64,000 bases of DNA, taken from assembly GCA_001029755.1 (NCBI GenBank), contig CP011214.1:493767-557766 (forward strand), read 5' to 3'. The stretch comes from Candidatus Woesebacteria bacterium GW2011_GWF1_31_35. GTDB taxonomy: Bacteria > Patescibacteriota > Microgenomatia > UBA8517. The notes under the pieces were generated by a model, which ran no database searches, was not told the origin of the DNA, and saw only the letters and a list, made by a program, of their open reading frames with translations. The position numbers and the translations under genes were made by a program. Position 1 is the stretch's first letter, and every line of letters starts with the position of its first letter. Positions 46,717 to 56,573 of the stretch are shown piece by piece.

Positions 46717-47622
46717 TTACAGTGAGTTATTATATCGCGATCTTTTAATTTCAGCAATGGCTACACCAATAGTAATAATAATTGCACCAACAATGAAAGT
46801 AGGTGTAATTTTTTCTCCCAACCAAAGAACAGCAATAGGAAGAGATAAAACAGGGTAGAGGTAAGCAAAAAGTGACTGTTCTCCTATTTCAATTGTTTTT
46901 TGAGCTTTGTTAGAGAGAAAATATGCAAGACTTCCGGATATTATGGCCATATAGAAAACTCCTAAATGGTAGTTAAAATTAACTGAGAGAAATGATTTTT
47001 GAGACGTAAGGAAAACAAACGGTAAAAATGATAAAAACCCTATTATGAATGAAAAATTAGTTAACGTTAAAGGGTTAACACCATTTTTAAGTAACTTTTT
47101 AGTAATAACTGCAACTACTACAGTTGCTATTACGTATCCTAAAATCAAAAGGTTACCTGAAAACTTTAAATATTCGTGCCCTCTTTGAATTATTGGTTCA
47201 ATTACGGTTAAGATTGTTCCAATAACAGCAATTCCCATTCCTATTTTTTCTCGTTTTGTTACTTTTTCGTTTAAAAATACAACTCCGGCCATGGATATAA
47301 TTAAAGGACTTGCTAATGAGATTAAACTTGAATCAAGAACTGTAGTGTCATTAAGACCAAAAAATAAAAGCCCTAAAGATACAGTTGATGTCAAAAAACC
47401 ACAGAAAAGCATGAGCCAAAAAGTTTTTTTATCAGTTGGAAGATGTAATCCAAAAACTGCAAAAGATATTAATGCAATAATTGTTGATATTCCAAATCTA
47501 TAAGTTAGAAAAACTATTGGAGAAAAACCACCTAATGTATATTTAATAATAGGACTGGCAACACCCCAAATGACAGCAACAATAAGAAGCATTAAATAGG
47601 CACGGGTTCTGGCAGAGTTCAT
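46717..47622 (-). CDS. EamA/DMT-family transporter
   Basis: 10-TM profile with two EamA-like halves. Confidence 0.6.
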   Translation of the reverse strand: MNSARTRAYLMLLIVAVIWGVASPIIKYTLGGFSPIVFLTYRFGISTIIALISFAVFGLHLPTDKKTFWLMLFCGFLTSTVSLGLLFFGLNDTTVLDSSLISLASPLIISMAGVVFLNEKVTKREKIGMGIAVIGTILTVIEPIIQRGHEYLKFSGNLLILGYVIATVVVAVITKKLLKNGVNPLTLTNFSFIIGFLSFLPFVFLTSQKSFLSVNFNYHLGVFYMAIISGSLAYFLSNKAQKTIEIGEQSLFAYLYPVLSLPIAVLWLGEKITPTFIVGAIIITIGVAIAEIKRSRYNNSL

Positions 47623-48491
47623 TATTGTAATTCGACTATTCTATCTATACCGAACGAAAAACCAACGGCAGGAATTTTTCTTCCTGCAAACATTCCGATT
47701 AAATTATCATATCTTCCACCGCCACCAATTGATAAATCATTAGGATTTCCATTTAATTTCATTTCAAAAACTGTTGATGTGTAGTAATCCAAGCCTCTTG
47801 CCAGTGTAGAATCGAAGTAAAAATCAACATTTTCCTTTAATTTATATTCACTTTCCAATATTTTAAATATTTTAAGTAAATTTTCTGTAGGCTTTGTTTT
47901 TTCAATAAAATTTAATAAATTTTGAGGCATTTTATCTTTTCCGATTTTATGCATTTTGTCGATTAATCTAATATCTTCAACTTTTAATTCTTTAAAATTA
48001 TTTCTGTCATTTATTGCAAGTTTAGCTTTTGAAAAACCTATTGCTCGAAAACCTTCAATTGCTGTAGCAATTACTTTTGCATCATTTTCAATATTTTCGC
48101 TTCCAACAATATCAAAATCAAATTGTGTCAACTCTCTTGACCTTCCTTTTTGAGGTTTTTCACCTCTAAAAACTTGACCTATTTGATATCTTGAAAAAGT
48201 AGGGGAAAGAAGGCCTAAGTTATTTGCTACAAATCTAGCTAATGGAACAGTTAAATCATATCTTAACGCTAATTTTCTTCTTCCCTTGTCTTCAAATTGA
48301 TAAACCAATTTTTCTTCTTCACCATATTTCCCTAAAAGTGTTTCTGCAAATTCAACAATTGGAGTTTCTAAAGGTTCAAACCCATATTTTTCTAATACAA
48401 GACTAATGGAATTAATATAAGTTCTTTTCCTTTTTTCAACTTCAGGAAAAATATCGTTAAAACCCTTAGGTGTTACTGGACCTTTCTGCAT
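47622..48491 (-). CDS. Histidyl-tRNA synthetase-like class II catalytic core without anticodon-binding domain (289 aa)
   Basis: Motif 1 (LALRYDLTVPLARF), motif 2 (RELTQFDFDIVG) and motif 3 (GGGRYDNL). The ORF ends right after GFSFGIDRIVEL, where the anticodon-binding domain would start. Confidence 0.65.
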   Translation of the reverse strand: MQKGPVTPKGFNDIFPEVEKRKRTYINSISLVLEKYGFEPLETPIVEFAETLLGKYGEEEKLVYQFEDKGRRKLALRYDLTVPLARFVANNLGLLSPTFSRYQIGQVFRGEKPQKGRSRELTQFDFDIVGSENIENDAKVIATAIEGFRAIGFSKAKLAINDRNNFKELKVEDIRLIDKMHKIGKDKMPQNLLNFIEKTKPTENLLKIFKILESEYKLKENVDFYFDSTLARGLDYYTSTVFEMKLNGNPNDLSIGGGGRYDNLIGMFAGRKIPAVGFSFGIDRIVELQ

Positions 48492-48495
48492 AATT

Positions 48496-49395
48496 TTATT
48501 CTACAGGAGTAAAGATACTTCTTAAAGAGTATGTTTCGGAAATTATATTACCAGCAACAATTATTGTTTGACCCTCATTTAAATCAAAAACATCAGGTCC
48601 ACTCCAAGTTTTAGGTAAGATAATCTCTAAAGTTTCTCCATCATTTTTAATTAAAGTCAATTTCTTTTTTGTAACTTCTGAGATTTTTCCCCATACAATT
48701 TCTTTTTTATCATCCATTAATTCACTTGTAATCAATATCCTTTTGGCAGATAGAACTTTATTGCCATTAAGAAGTCCCATTGCAACAATATAATCTCCAA
48801 TTGCAAGGTCAGTTGCTTTAACTACAGCTGATTTTTTTAAAACGTTTATATAAGTTGTATCATCGGCAGTTCCTGCTTGAAGAATTTCACCGTTTATTGC
48901 CTTTATTTGAATTGTTCCACCCGAAATATCAGTAACTGTTCCAACATATGCTTTGGATTTTTTGGTTGGATCTACATATTTTTCAAATTCTTCAGAATAA
49001 ATTATTTTAATTTTAGTTTCAGCCAAATCTCCTTTGGAATCAAAACTAACAGCTTTTATTTCAGAAAACCCAACTGGAAGTTTAACTTCTAATTCAAACG
49101 ATCCATTCTCTTTTGCCTTTCCTAAAAAATCATTGTCGGTTGTTGAGATAACAACATTTGAAAGAGATTTTGTCATTCCATTAACAATTTTTGGACTTTC
49201 AGTGATTACGTCAAAATCAGACATATTTGCAATTGTAAGTATCAAATTTTGTTTAGGGGTAGTAACTGGAGTTTCAAGGGTTTCAGATTCTTGAGTATTT
49301 TTTTTAATAGAAGAAGTTGCTTTCCATATCCCAAAAGCAGTAATTAAACCAATAGAAATTCCTGCAAATATGGCTAAAGCTGTTTCTTTTCTCAT
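48496..49395 (-). CDS. Hypothetical membrane-anchored extracellular protein
   Basis: N-terminal TM segment, a Thr-rich linker, beta-rich. Confidence 0.4.
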   Translation of the reverse strand: MRKETALAIFAGISIGLITAFGIWKATSSIKKNTQESETLETPVTTPKQNLILTIANMSDFDVITESPKIVNGMTKSLSNVVISTTDNDFLGKAKENGSFELEVKLPVGFSEIKAVSFDSKGDLAETKIKIIYSEEFEKYVDPTKKSKAYVGTVTDISGGTIQIKAINGEILQAGTADDTTYINVLKKSAVVKATDLAIGDYIVAMGLLNGNKVLSAKRILITSELMDDKKEIVWGKISEVTKKKLTLIKNDGETLEIILPKTWSGPDVFDLNEGQTIIVAGNIISETYSLRSIFTPVE

Positions 49396-49448
49396 TTTAT
49401 TTTAAATAAAAATACTTAGAGAGCTAATATAAGCGTAAAAGTGTCCTC

Positions 49449-49985
49449 TTGTCAAGCCAACATAAAATATATAGAATGGCATTACCTATGGATATAACTT
49501 TTATTTCAGGCCAAACATTCAAAATTAAAGGTAGAACTGGTATTACTTTAACAGATCCAATTGGTCCAACAATAGAATCTTTAAATGGAGAAAAAAAGAC
49601 GTTTACAGGGCCGGGAGAATATGAAGTTTCTGGAATTTCAATAATTGGAATTTCAACAGATGATGGAACTTTATTTATTTATGAAGTGGACGGCTTAAGA
49701 ATTTGCCATGTTGGAAACTTAAAGAAAAAACTTCCAGAAAACAAATTATCATTTATTGGTGATATCGATATATTGTTAACTTCTATAGGACCTGAAACTA
49801 TTGAAATAATTCAACAAATAGAAAGTTATTATGTAATTCCATTTGATTATGAATCACAAGAACAACTTGATAAATTCTTAAAAGATAGTGGATTAACTGT
49901 AGAAAAAATGTCTAAATTTAGCCTTAAAAAAGAAGAAATAATTGAAGAGTCCTCTGCTCAAGTTATTGTCCTAGAGAAAAATTAA
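49449..49985 (+). CDS. Hypothetical protein
   Basis: 178-aa ORF with no confident motif. Confidence 0.4.
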   Translation: MSSQHKIYRMALPMDITFISGQTFKIKGRTGITLTDPIGPTIESLNGEKKTFTGPGEYEVSGISIIGISTDDGTLFIYEVDGLRICHVGNLKKKLPENKLSFIGDIDILLTSIGPETIEIIQQIESYYVIPFDYESQEQLDKFLKDSGLTVEKMSKFSLKKEEIIEESSAQVIVLEKN

Positions 49986-52588
49986 TGGCAGACATAAATC
50001 AAGTTAGAGTACCTCCGCACTCTGCCGAAGCCGAAGGAAGCGTCCTCGGAGCTCTTCTATTGGATAAAGATGCTGTTATAGCTGTTGCTGAATTTTTACT
50101 ACCTGAGGATTTTTACGATGAACGCAACAAAGAAATATATGAAGCAATGCTTACTTTATATGAAGAAAGAGTTCCAGTTGATGTTTTAACAGTAACTGAA
50201 AAATTAAAAAAGAATAAGAATTTAAAAAAAATAGGTGGTGCATCATATTTAACAGATATTGCCAATAAAGTTCCAACTGCAGCTCATGTTGAGCATTATG
50301 GAAAAATAGTTAAAGATTCTTCAGTTAAAAGAGCTTTAATGAAAGCTGCAAGTAGACTTGTTGATTTTTCAATGGATGAGGGAATGTCATCGGGAGATCT
50401 TTTGGATAGGGCAGAATCAGAAGTTTTCTCTTTAACTCAGAAACATCTAACTAAAGCCTTTACTTCTGTAAGAGATACTTTGGCTGAAAGTTTCGATAGA
50501 TTAGATGAACTTCATAAACAGGGAGAGGGTTTAAGGGGGGTATCAACTGGCTTTGAAGATCTTGATAATGCTTTAGCGGGAATGCAAAAATCGAATCTTT
50601 TAATATTAGCAGCTAGGCCGTCTGTTGGTAAAACTTCATTGGCATTAAACATTGCTCAACATGCAGCTGTAACTGATAAACGATCAGTTGGTTTTTTCTC
50701 ACTTGAAATGAGCAAAGAGGAATTAGTAGATAGACTTTTAGTTGCTCAAGCTGATATTGATGCTTGGAGATTAAAAACAGGAAAATTAACAGAAGAAGAT
50801 TTTACTAAACTATCAAATGCAATGGGAGAGTTAGCCGAAGCGCCTCTTTACATTGATGACACCCCAGCTCTTTCTATATTAGAGATGAGAACAAAAGCAA
50901 GAAGACTTCAGGTTGAACATGGGCTTGACCTTTTGGTTGTTGATTATCTTCAACTTGCAAGAAGTAGAAACTTGGAGAATAGGGTTCAGGAAGTTTCTGA
51001 AATTTCACAAGGACTTAAAAACTTAGCAAGAGAACTTAAAGTTCCAGTTTTAGCTCTATCTCAACTTTCAAGAGGTGTAGAATCAAGGGGAGTAAAAAAG
51101 CCCCAATTATCGGATTTGAGAGAGAGTGGATGTCTTTTGGGGGATACTTTAATAACTCTTTATAAATCAGGCGAAAGAGTCAGAATGGATTCATTAGTTG
51201 GAAAGACAAATTTCAAAGTTTTGGGTATGAATGATAATTTTGAGATTGTACCAGTAACTGTTTCAAAAGTTTTTGAAAGTGGCAAGAAATTATCTTATAA
51301 ATTAATACTTAAAAGTGGGAGAATCGTCTTTGCATCGGGAAATCATCCTTTTTACAAACTTACGGGTTGGGAAAGACTTGATAAACTTAAAGTTAAAGAT
51401 AACATTGCTGTTCCTAGAAAAATTATTAATAAGATAAACTTAAAATCTGCACTTTCTGATTCACGCCTGATTTTACTTGCTCATTTAATTGGCGATGGAT
51501 GCTTTGTTAAAAGACAACCTTTACATTATACAAATTCAGAAATGAAACTTATTAAGATTGTAGAGAAGTCTGCATTAAAGGAATTTAATATAGTTCCTAG
51601 AATTATTAAACAAGAAAATTGGTACCATATCTATCTTTCTTCTAAAGAAAAATTAGCAAGGGGAAGAAGAAACCCAATTGTTAAGTGGTTGGATGAGGAA
51701 TTAAATATTTATGGACAAAGATCAAGAGAAAAAATCATTCCAGATATTGTTTTCCAACAAAATGACAAAAAAATATCATTATTTCTAAAACATTTATGGT
51801 CAACTGATGGATGTATTTATGTTTATAAAGGAAAAGATAAGAGAAAAGTTACTCTTTATTACGCTTCGGGAAGTAGAATATTAGCTGAACATGTATCACA
51901 TTTACTCTTAAGACTTGGAATTATTTCAACGATAACTACTTCAAAAAAGAAAGGTTATGAAGATATATATAATGTTCAAATTCAAGGTAAAGAAAATCAA
52001 ATCAAGTTTATTAGAAAAATAAATTTTGTCGGTATAAAGGCTAATAAATCAATAGAAGCACTTTTATTTTTAAAAAGAATTAAATCAAACCCAAATAATG
52101 ATGTAATTCCAAAAGAAATTTGGGAATATATTGAAAGTATTAGAAGAGAAGAGTGTTTAACAACAAGGGAATTTCATAAAAAAATGGGTTGGGCATATAG
52201 TGGAACACAAAGACATGGAAATGGTGTAGGAAGAGAAAGATTAGATAAAATTGCAAAAATATTAGAGGATAAATATTTATCAAATTTAGCAAACTCAGAT
52301 TTATACTGGGATGAAATAGCAAGTATTGAAAAAATTGGAATTAAAAAAGTATATGATCTGACCGTACCTAAATATTCAAATTTTGTTGCAAATGACATAT
52401 TAGTTCATAACAGTATAGAGCAAGACTCTGACGTCGTTATGTTTTTATGGCGCGAAGATGATGAAAAGATTGAAAATATTAGACTTGATGTTGCAAAACA
52501 CAGGAATGGTCCTTTAGCTTCAGTTCCATTATTCTTTAAAGGAGACAGAATAAAGTTCTATGCAAGAGATGTAAAAAGTGGGAAATAA
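49985..52588 (+). CDS. dnaB: Replicative DNA helicase DnaB interrupted by an intein
   Basis: DnaB N-domain, Walker A (ARPSVGKTS) and H4 motif (SQLSRGVESR). The extein resumes with SIEQDSDVVMFLWRED after a 427-aa insertion. Confidence 0.9.
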   Translation: MADINQVRVPPHSAEAEGSVLGALLLDKDAVIAVAEFLLPEDFYDERNKEIYEAMLTLYEERVPVDVLTVTEKLKKNKNLKKIGGASYLTDIANKVPTAAHVEHYGKIVKDSSVKRALMKAASRLVDFSMDEGMSSGDLLDRAESEVFSLTQKHLTKAFTSVRDTLAESFDRLDELHKQGEGLRGVSTGFEDLDNALAGMQKSNLLILAARPSVGKTSLALNIAQHAAVTDKRSVGFFSLEMSKEELVDRLLVAQADIDAWRLKTGKLTEEDFTKLSNAMGELAEAPLYIDDTPALSILEMRTKARRLQVEHGLDLLVVDYLQLARSRNLENRVQEVSEISQGLKNLARELKVPVLALSQLSRGVESRGVKKPQLSDLRESGCLLGDTLITLYKSGERVRMDSLVGKTNFKVLGMNDNFEIVPVTVSKVFESGKKLSYKLILKSGRIVFASGNHPFYKLTGWERLDKLKVKDNIAVPRKIINKINLKSALSDSRLILLAHLIGDGCFVKRQPLHYTNSEMKLIKIVEKSALKEFNIVPRIIKQENWYHIYLSSKEKLARGRRNPIVKWLDEELNIYGQRSREKIIPDIVFQQNDKKISLFLKHLWSTDGCIYVYKGKDKRKVTLYYASGSRILAEHVSHLLLRLGIISTITTSKKKGYEDIYNVQIQGKENQIKFIRKINFVGIKANKSIEALLFLKRIKSNPNNDVIPKEIWEYIESIRREECLTTREFHKKMGWAYSGTQRHGNGVGRERLDKIAKILEDKYLSNLANSDLYWDEIASIEKIGIKKVYDLTVPKYSNFVANDILVHNSIEQDSDVVMFLWREDDEKIENIRLDVAKHRNGPLASVPLFFKGDRIKFYARDVKSGK
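51131..52411 (+). mobile_element. Intein (Hint domain with LAGLIDADG homing-endonuclease module) in the DnaB helicase domain
   Basis: N-terminal splice junction RESG|CLLGDTLI, LAHLIGDGCF LAGLIDADG motif, C-terminal junction ILVHN|S; in frame with dnaB. Confidence 0.8.
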
Positions 52589-52925
52589 ATAAAGATTGTA
52601 ATTTATATGGATAAAGAGAGACAAGGTAATAATCAGACGGAGCTCAAAGTACCAATAGAGGTCAACAAAAAAATTCATCAGACCCACTTTCCAGTTTCGA
52701 AAGTACAATTACAAAATGAGGATTTTGATAGTGGTTACGAATGGATAAAATCAGGTATTGGGCGTTTGAAACGTGTACCCAAGAAAACGGAAAATACCTA
52801 ATTCACTACCTGTGCCGAGGGGGGGTATTCAAATCGAACACTCTCGACAGGCTTAATTCTACATCAACCGAAACTCTAGCCTCACAAACAGAAACTCTAA
52901 ATTCATATTTAGTTACGGGAGCAAT

Positions 52926-53300
52926 TTACTCCATCAAAAATTTTGTATTTTTGCAGGGAACGCCACATTTCATAAACTCGCCAGCTAAATTGGTGTTATA
53001 AATAAAAATGGGTGGGTTTTTTACCTCAATGACTTTGTTATCCGTGAGTTTAAAAATAATTCTACCATGAAGCGCTGCAACCTCAACCACGCGACCGTTC
53101 TTTAATAGCTTTATGCCTTGTCGATATTTAATCCAACTGGGAAAATAAACTAAAGCAAGAACAACTGAAATAACAGAAATTACTATTAATATTTCACTAA
53201 TATACTTGTGCAGTATTCTTGAATTAGTTCGAACGCATTTTGGCGAGGAGCCCCCCCGCGAAAACCGAACGACTTCGCCGGAAGATTTAACAATTTCCAA
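52926..53300 (-). CDS. Hypothetical small membrane protein
   Basis: 124-aa ORF with one TM segment; the region has atypical composition. Confidence 0.3.
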   Translation of the reverse strand: MEIVKSSGEVVRFSRGGSSPKCVRTNSRILHKYISEILIVISVISVVLALVYFPSWIKYRQGIKLLKNGRVVEVAALHGRIIFKLTDNKVIEVKNPPIFIYNTNLAGEFMKCGVPCKNTKFLME

Positions 53301-53346
53301 TTTTCCTTTGGCGGAAAGAATTTATAAATTTATGCCAAACAAAACA

Positions 53347-53904
53347 CTAGCCAGGCAACCAACCAACTCTTATTTTCCTAAAGATAAGTTCGTCAACTGT
53401 TATATCAGAGTCATTACCATTCTCTTCGACAAAACGAACATCTTTCAAGATTACAGTTGTCGTGTAGTTTCTGTTCCACGCTGATTGAGATTCGTCAATT
53501 TTCGAAATAGAGATAATTGCCTTTCCGGTTTTTCCAATCAATTTTTTAGATTTTGGTTGGTTGGGATCCACAGCATCATTGCAATACAACATTTTTATCT
53601 TATCTCCTATAAGAATCTCAACACTCAAACCATCCGTTTTCCCAATTTCAAAGGTTTTTTCCATGGTAGAAAGGTTAAGCTTTTCTTTTATTGCATACAC
53701 AGAAATACCAGCAGTATTGTTGCTGTTAATTTTGTAAACAAAGATATTGCTACAACCACCACCGATCTCTTGAAAAGAGATGGAGGCAGGCACTTTGGGA
53801 GTTGGAGAAAAGACGTTCGTTTTTCTTGCTACAAAAAAGTAGCCAAGTATTGCGACCAGACCAACGATAGCTATCAAGAGAGTTGTTTTTGTTGTTTTGT
53901 TCAT
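53347..53904 (-). CDS. Hypothetical membrane-anchored protein
   Basis: N-terminal TM (LLIAIVGLVAILGYFFV), 185 aa. Confidence 0.4.
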   Translation of the reverse strand: MNKTTKTTLLIAIVGLVAILGYFFVARKTNVFSPTPKVPASISFQEIGGGCSNIFVYKINSNNTAGISVYAIKEKLNLSTMEKTFEIGKTDGLSVEILIGDKIKMLYCNDAVDPNQPKSKKLIGKTGKAIISISKIDESQSAWNRNYTTTVILKDVRFVEENGNDSDITVDELIFRKIRVGWLPG

Positions 53905-54025
53905 GTGATTAAAAAATTTTCTTTTCTTCTTTCAAAATCGCCAATTCGTTTTTGTCCCGAAAATTCAATACAAACTGTCCACCGAGCGAAGCGAGGCGAA
54001 CCCCTCTTGCTTGCAATTTCCTCAA

Positions 54026-54113
54026 TGGTGCCGAGGAGAGGAGTCGAACCTCCACGGGGTTTTATCCCCACAGGTTTTTGAGACCTGAGCGTCTGCCATT
54101 CCGCCACCTCGGC
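54026..54113 (-). tRNA. tRNA-Leu (anticodon CAA), CCA encoded
   Basis: Reverse complement gives GCCGAGGTGGCGGAATGGCAGACGCTCAGGTCTCAAAAACCTG...GGTTCGACTCC...CCTCGGCACCA, with a long variable arm and anticodon loop CTCAAAA. Confidence 0.85.
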
Positions 54114-54140
54114 GTAAAAAGATTGACTCTTATTGTATCA

Positions 54141-54169
54141 TTGACACTTTTCTTTTCAAAGAATATATT
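54141..54169 (+). promoter_or_regulatory. Sigma70-like promoter TTGACA-17 nt-TATATT abutting the ATG of the next gene (leaderless)
   Basis: Perfect -35 hexamer with a 17-nt spacer; the -10 hexamer ends 6 nt before the ATG at 54176. Confidence 0.4.
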
Positions 54170-54175
54170 AAAAAT

Positions 54176-54439
54176 ATGATAAAAAATAAATTAACAGAAA
54201 CAGAAAAACTTAGATTAAGGATGGATTATAAATTTTCGACGGTTGATGAAAAATTTGAAGAAGTTATTGAAAAAATTGAAGGTACTGATAAAAAAATTGA
54301 CAGAGTTTTAACTCAACTTGATTCAATGGCTGGACAATTTAAAAAATTTGATGAAGAGCTAATGATGCAGTCAGGTAGAATAACTATACATTCAGATCAA
54401 ATTAAAGAACTTCAGGGTGTAGTTTTCCCAAATGCGTGA
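54176..54439 (+). CDS. Hypothetical coiled-coil protein
   Basis: 87-aa charged ORF. Confidence 0.4.
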   Translation: MIKNKLTETEKLRLRMDYKFSTVDEKFEEVIEKIEGTDKKIDRVLTQLDSMAGQFKKFDEELMMQSGRITIHSDQIKELQGVVFPNA

Positions 54440-54454
54440 TAAAATAGCTTCATT

Positions 54455-55024
54455 ATGTCAACAATAAATGCAACAGCATTACGAGCAGGAATCGCTTTTT
54501 TATATGAAGGAAAACCTTTTAAAGTTATAAAATACTCTTTGATTAAAATGGGTAGGGGTGGAGCTACTGTAAGAGTTAATTGTAATAATCTTGAAAATGG
54601 AGCCAACATCGAACATGCATTTTCTTCTAATCTTTCTTTTGAACAAATAAGTTTAAGTAAGAAAAAATTACAATATCTTTATAAAGATCCTAATTTTGCA
54701 TATTTTATGGATTCTTTCTCATATGAACAAATTGAAATTCCATTATCGATTATTGGATCTGAACTTTTATATTTTAAAGAAGGAGAGGATGTTAATATCT
54801 TATTTTGGGATGAAAAACCAATGTCTTGTGAACTTCCACCAAAGGTAACACTAGAAGTAATAGAATGTGATCCAGGGGTTAAGGGAAATTCTGCGTCTAA
54901 TTTTTTGAAATCTGCAAAAATGGAAAATGGACTATTAACAAAAGTTCCACTATTTATTAAAGTTGGTGAAAAAATAAGAATAGATACAAGAAGCGGAGAT
55001 TATGTTGAAAGAGCTAAAGAGTAA
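54455..55024 (+). CDS. efp: Elongation factor P
   Basis: KMGRGGATVRVNCNNLENGA loop region (KPGKG-like) and three beta-barrel domains, 189 aa. Confidence 0.8.
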   Translation: MSTINATALRAGIAFLYEGKPFKVIKYSLIKMGRGGATVRVNCNNLENGANIEHAFSSNLSFEQISLSKKKLQYLYKDPNFAYFMDSFSYEQIEIPLSIIGSELLYFKEGEDVNILFWDEKPMSCELPPKVTLEVIECDPGVKGNSASNFLKSAKMENGLLTKVPLFIKVGEKIRIDTRSGDYVERAKE

Positions 55025-55038
55025 AGTAATTATCTAAA

Positions 55039-55503
55039 TTACTTCTGAAAAATCCAAAAAAGTGAGGCAATAACCGTAATTATTTGTGTAGTAAAACCTA
55101 GAGTGAAATTTGTATCTACCTGAATTGATTTTTGTAGTTTAATCCATTTACTTAAAAATATGTTTCTAACTCCCAAAAAGAAATATGGACCTTCCATAAT
55201 ATCTGGTAAAACTGAAGCAAAGGAACAAAGAAGAATATTTAGAGAAAGTAATGAATTGGGAAATTTACTATATGCTACAAAAAATCCTAATATTAAAGAA
55301 ATAACTACATCAATAGTTACGATAATTGTAGATTTTTTAGTAGGTTTCCCATATTTTTCTGTCTCAGTATTTAGATGTGGGTTCCAATGGGGGATTCTTT
55401 CTAAAAGAAAGTGACTAGCAAAAGCTAAAGGAACCGCAATCCATGGATTTGGAATCTTTGTTGCAATTGCAATCCCTAGGGCTACATGTGGTGTTTCAAG
55501 CAT
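55039..55503 (-). CDS. Hypothetical integral membrane protein
   Basis: Four TM segments. Confidence 0.4.
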   Translation of the reverse strand: MLETPHVALGIAIATKIPNPWIAVPLAFASHFLLERIPHWNPHLNTETEKYGKPTKKSTIIVTIDVVISLILGFFVAYSKFPNSLLSLNILLCSFASVLPDIMEGPYFFLGVRNIFLSKWIKLQKSIQVDTNFTLGFTTQIITVIASLFWIFQK

Positions 55504-55530
55504 GTTACTTAATATGATATTATCAACATT

Positions 55531-56124
55531 ATGGTAATAGCAAATATCTTGGGGATTTTAATCTTTTTATTCTTACTTTGGAAGAAGCTTAAAGAAGACT
55601 ATTCCTATGAAAGAATATTTAATTTAGCCACACTAATTTTAATAGGTTTATTAGTAGGTTTTTTAATTTCAAAAAAAGTTTTGCCTGAGTTTTGGTTTTT
55701 TCTGGAACTAATTGGGGTTGGAATTGGATTCGTAATAGGGGTTATAAAGTTTAAATTAAATTTTTTTGAAACATTCGAAGGGGTTGTAATTGGATTTTTA
55801 CCCTTGCTTACATTATTTTTCCTTTCTGATTCTATTAAAAACTCTAGTCTTTCATCCTTTTTAGCTTTTTGGTTATCTTTGATTTGCATCTTTTTATTCT
55901 TTCTAGTGGATACTTATTATCGAAGTTTTTCTTGGTATAAATCAGGTAGAGTAGGTTTTTCTGGTGTTTTTATAGCAGGATTATTTTTTTTAATCCGTGC
56001 ATTGATTTCTATATTTTTTCCAGATGTGATATCCTTATCAGGTAATTTTGAAGGTTATATTTCAGGTACTTTAGCTTTTATACTTTTCTTGTTATTATTT
56101 AACTTATCAAGGAGTGAAAAATGA
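55531..56124 (+). CDS. Hypothetical integral membrane protein
   Basis: Six TM segments. Confidence 0.4.
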   Translation: MVIANILGILIFLFLLWKKLKEDYSYERIFNLATLILIGLLVGFLISKKVLPEFWFFLELIGVGIGFVIGVIKFKLNFFETFEGVVIGFLPLLTLFFLSDSIKNSSLSSFLAFWLSLICIFLFFLVDTYYRSFSWYKSGRVGFSGVFIAGLFFLIRALISIFFPDVISLSGNFEGYISGTLAFILFLLLFNLSRSEK

Positions 56125-56519
56125 GTACAAAACAAAATAAAAATATTAAAGATCATCAAGTACGTTTTCCTGCGAATTTATTAAGACCTGTTTCTGATTT
56201 TTTAGTTCTTCAACTTAAAAATTTAAAAATAAACAAGAGTAAAATTTCTTCAGAAGACCCTTTTAAAGATAAATCAAGAGTCTTGGATAATGCTGCTACA
56301 GACACTGAAGCTGAAGAACAATTTGGTCATGCAAGAGTTTCTGCAATTAAAGAAGAACTAAACAGAAAGTCAGATCAAATTAAAAAGGCTTTAAAAAGAG
56401 TTAAACAGGGTAAGTATGGAATTTGTGAAGATTGTGGAAAAATGATTGATACAGATAGATTGGGAGCATATCCTGAAGCTACGATGTGTATTGATTGCGA
56501 GAAGAAAAGAGAAAAATAA
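56121..56519 (+). CDS. DksA/TraR-family C4 zinc-finger protein
   Basis: C-terminal CEDCGKMID...CIDCEKK zinc finger. Confidence 0.7.
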   Translation: MSTKQNKNIKDHQVRFPANLLRPVSDFLVLQLKNLKINKSKISSEDPFKDKSRVLDNAATDTEAEEQFGHARVSAIKEELNRKSDQIKKALKRVKQGKYGICEDCGKMIDTDRLGAYPEATMCIDCEKKREK

Positions 56520-56573
56520 AATATAGATTTACTTCACATAGTAAGTAAAGTAAAGTAAAATACTTCGTAATAC

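Noticed and set aside
52140-52398. Two antisense ORFs (60 and 74 aa) inside the dnaB intein
   Set aside because: They are embedded in the continuous intein reading frame and rich in Phe/Leu/Ile from the AT-rich antisense strand.
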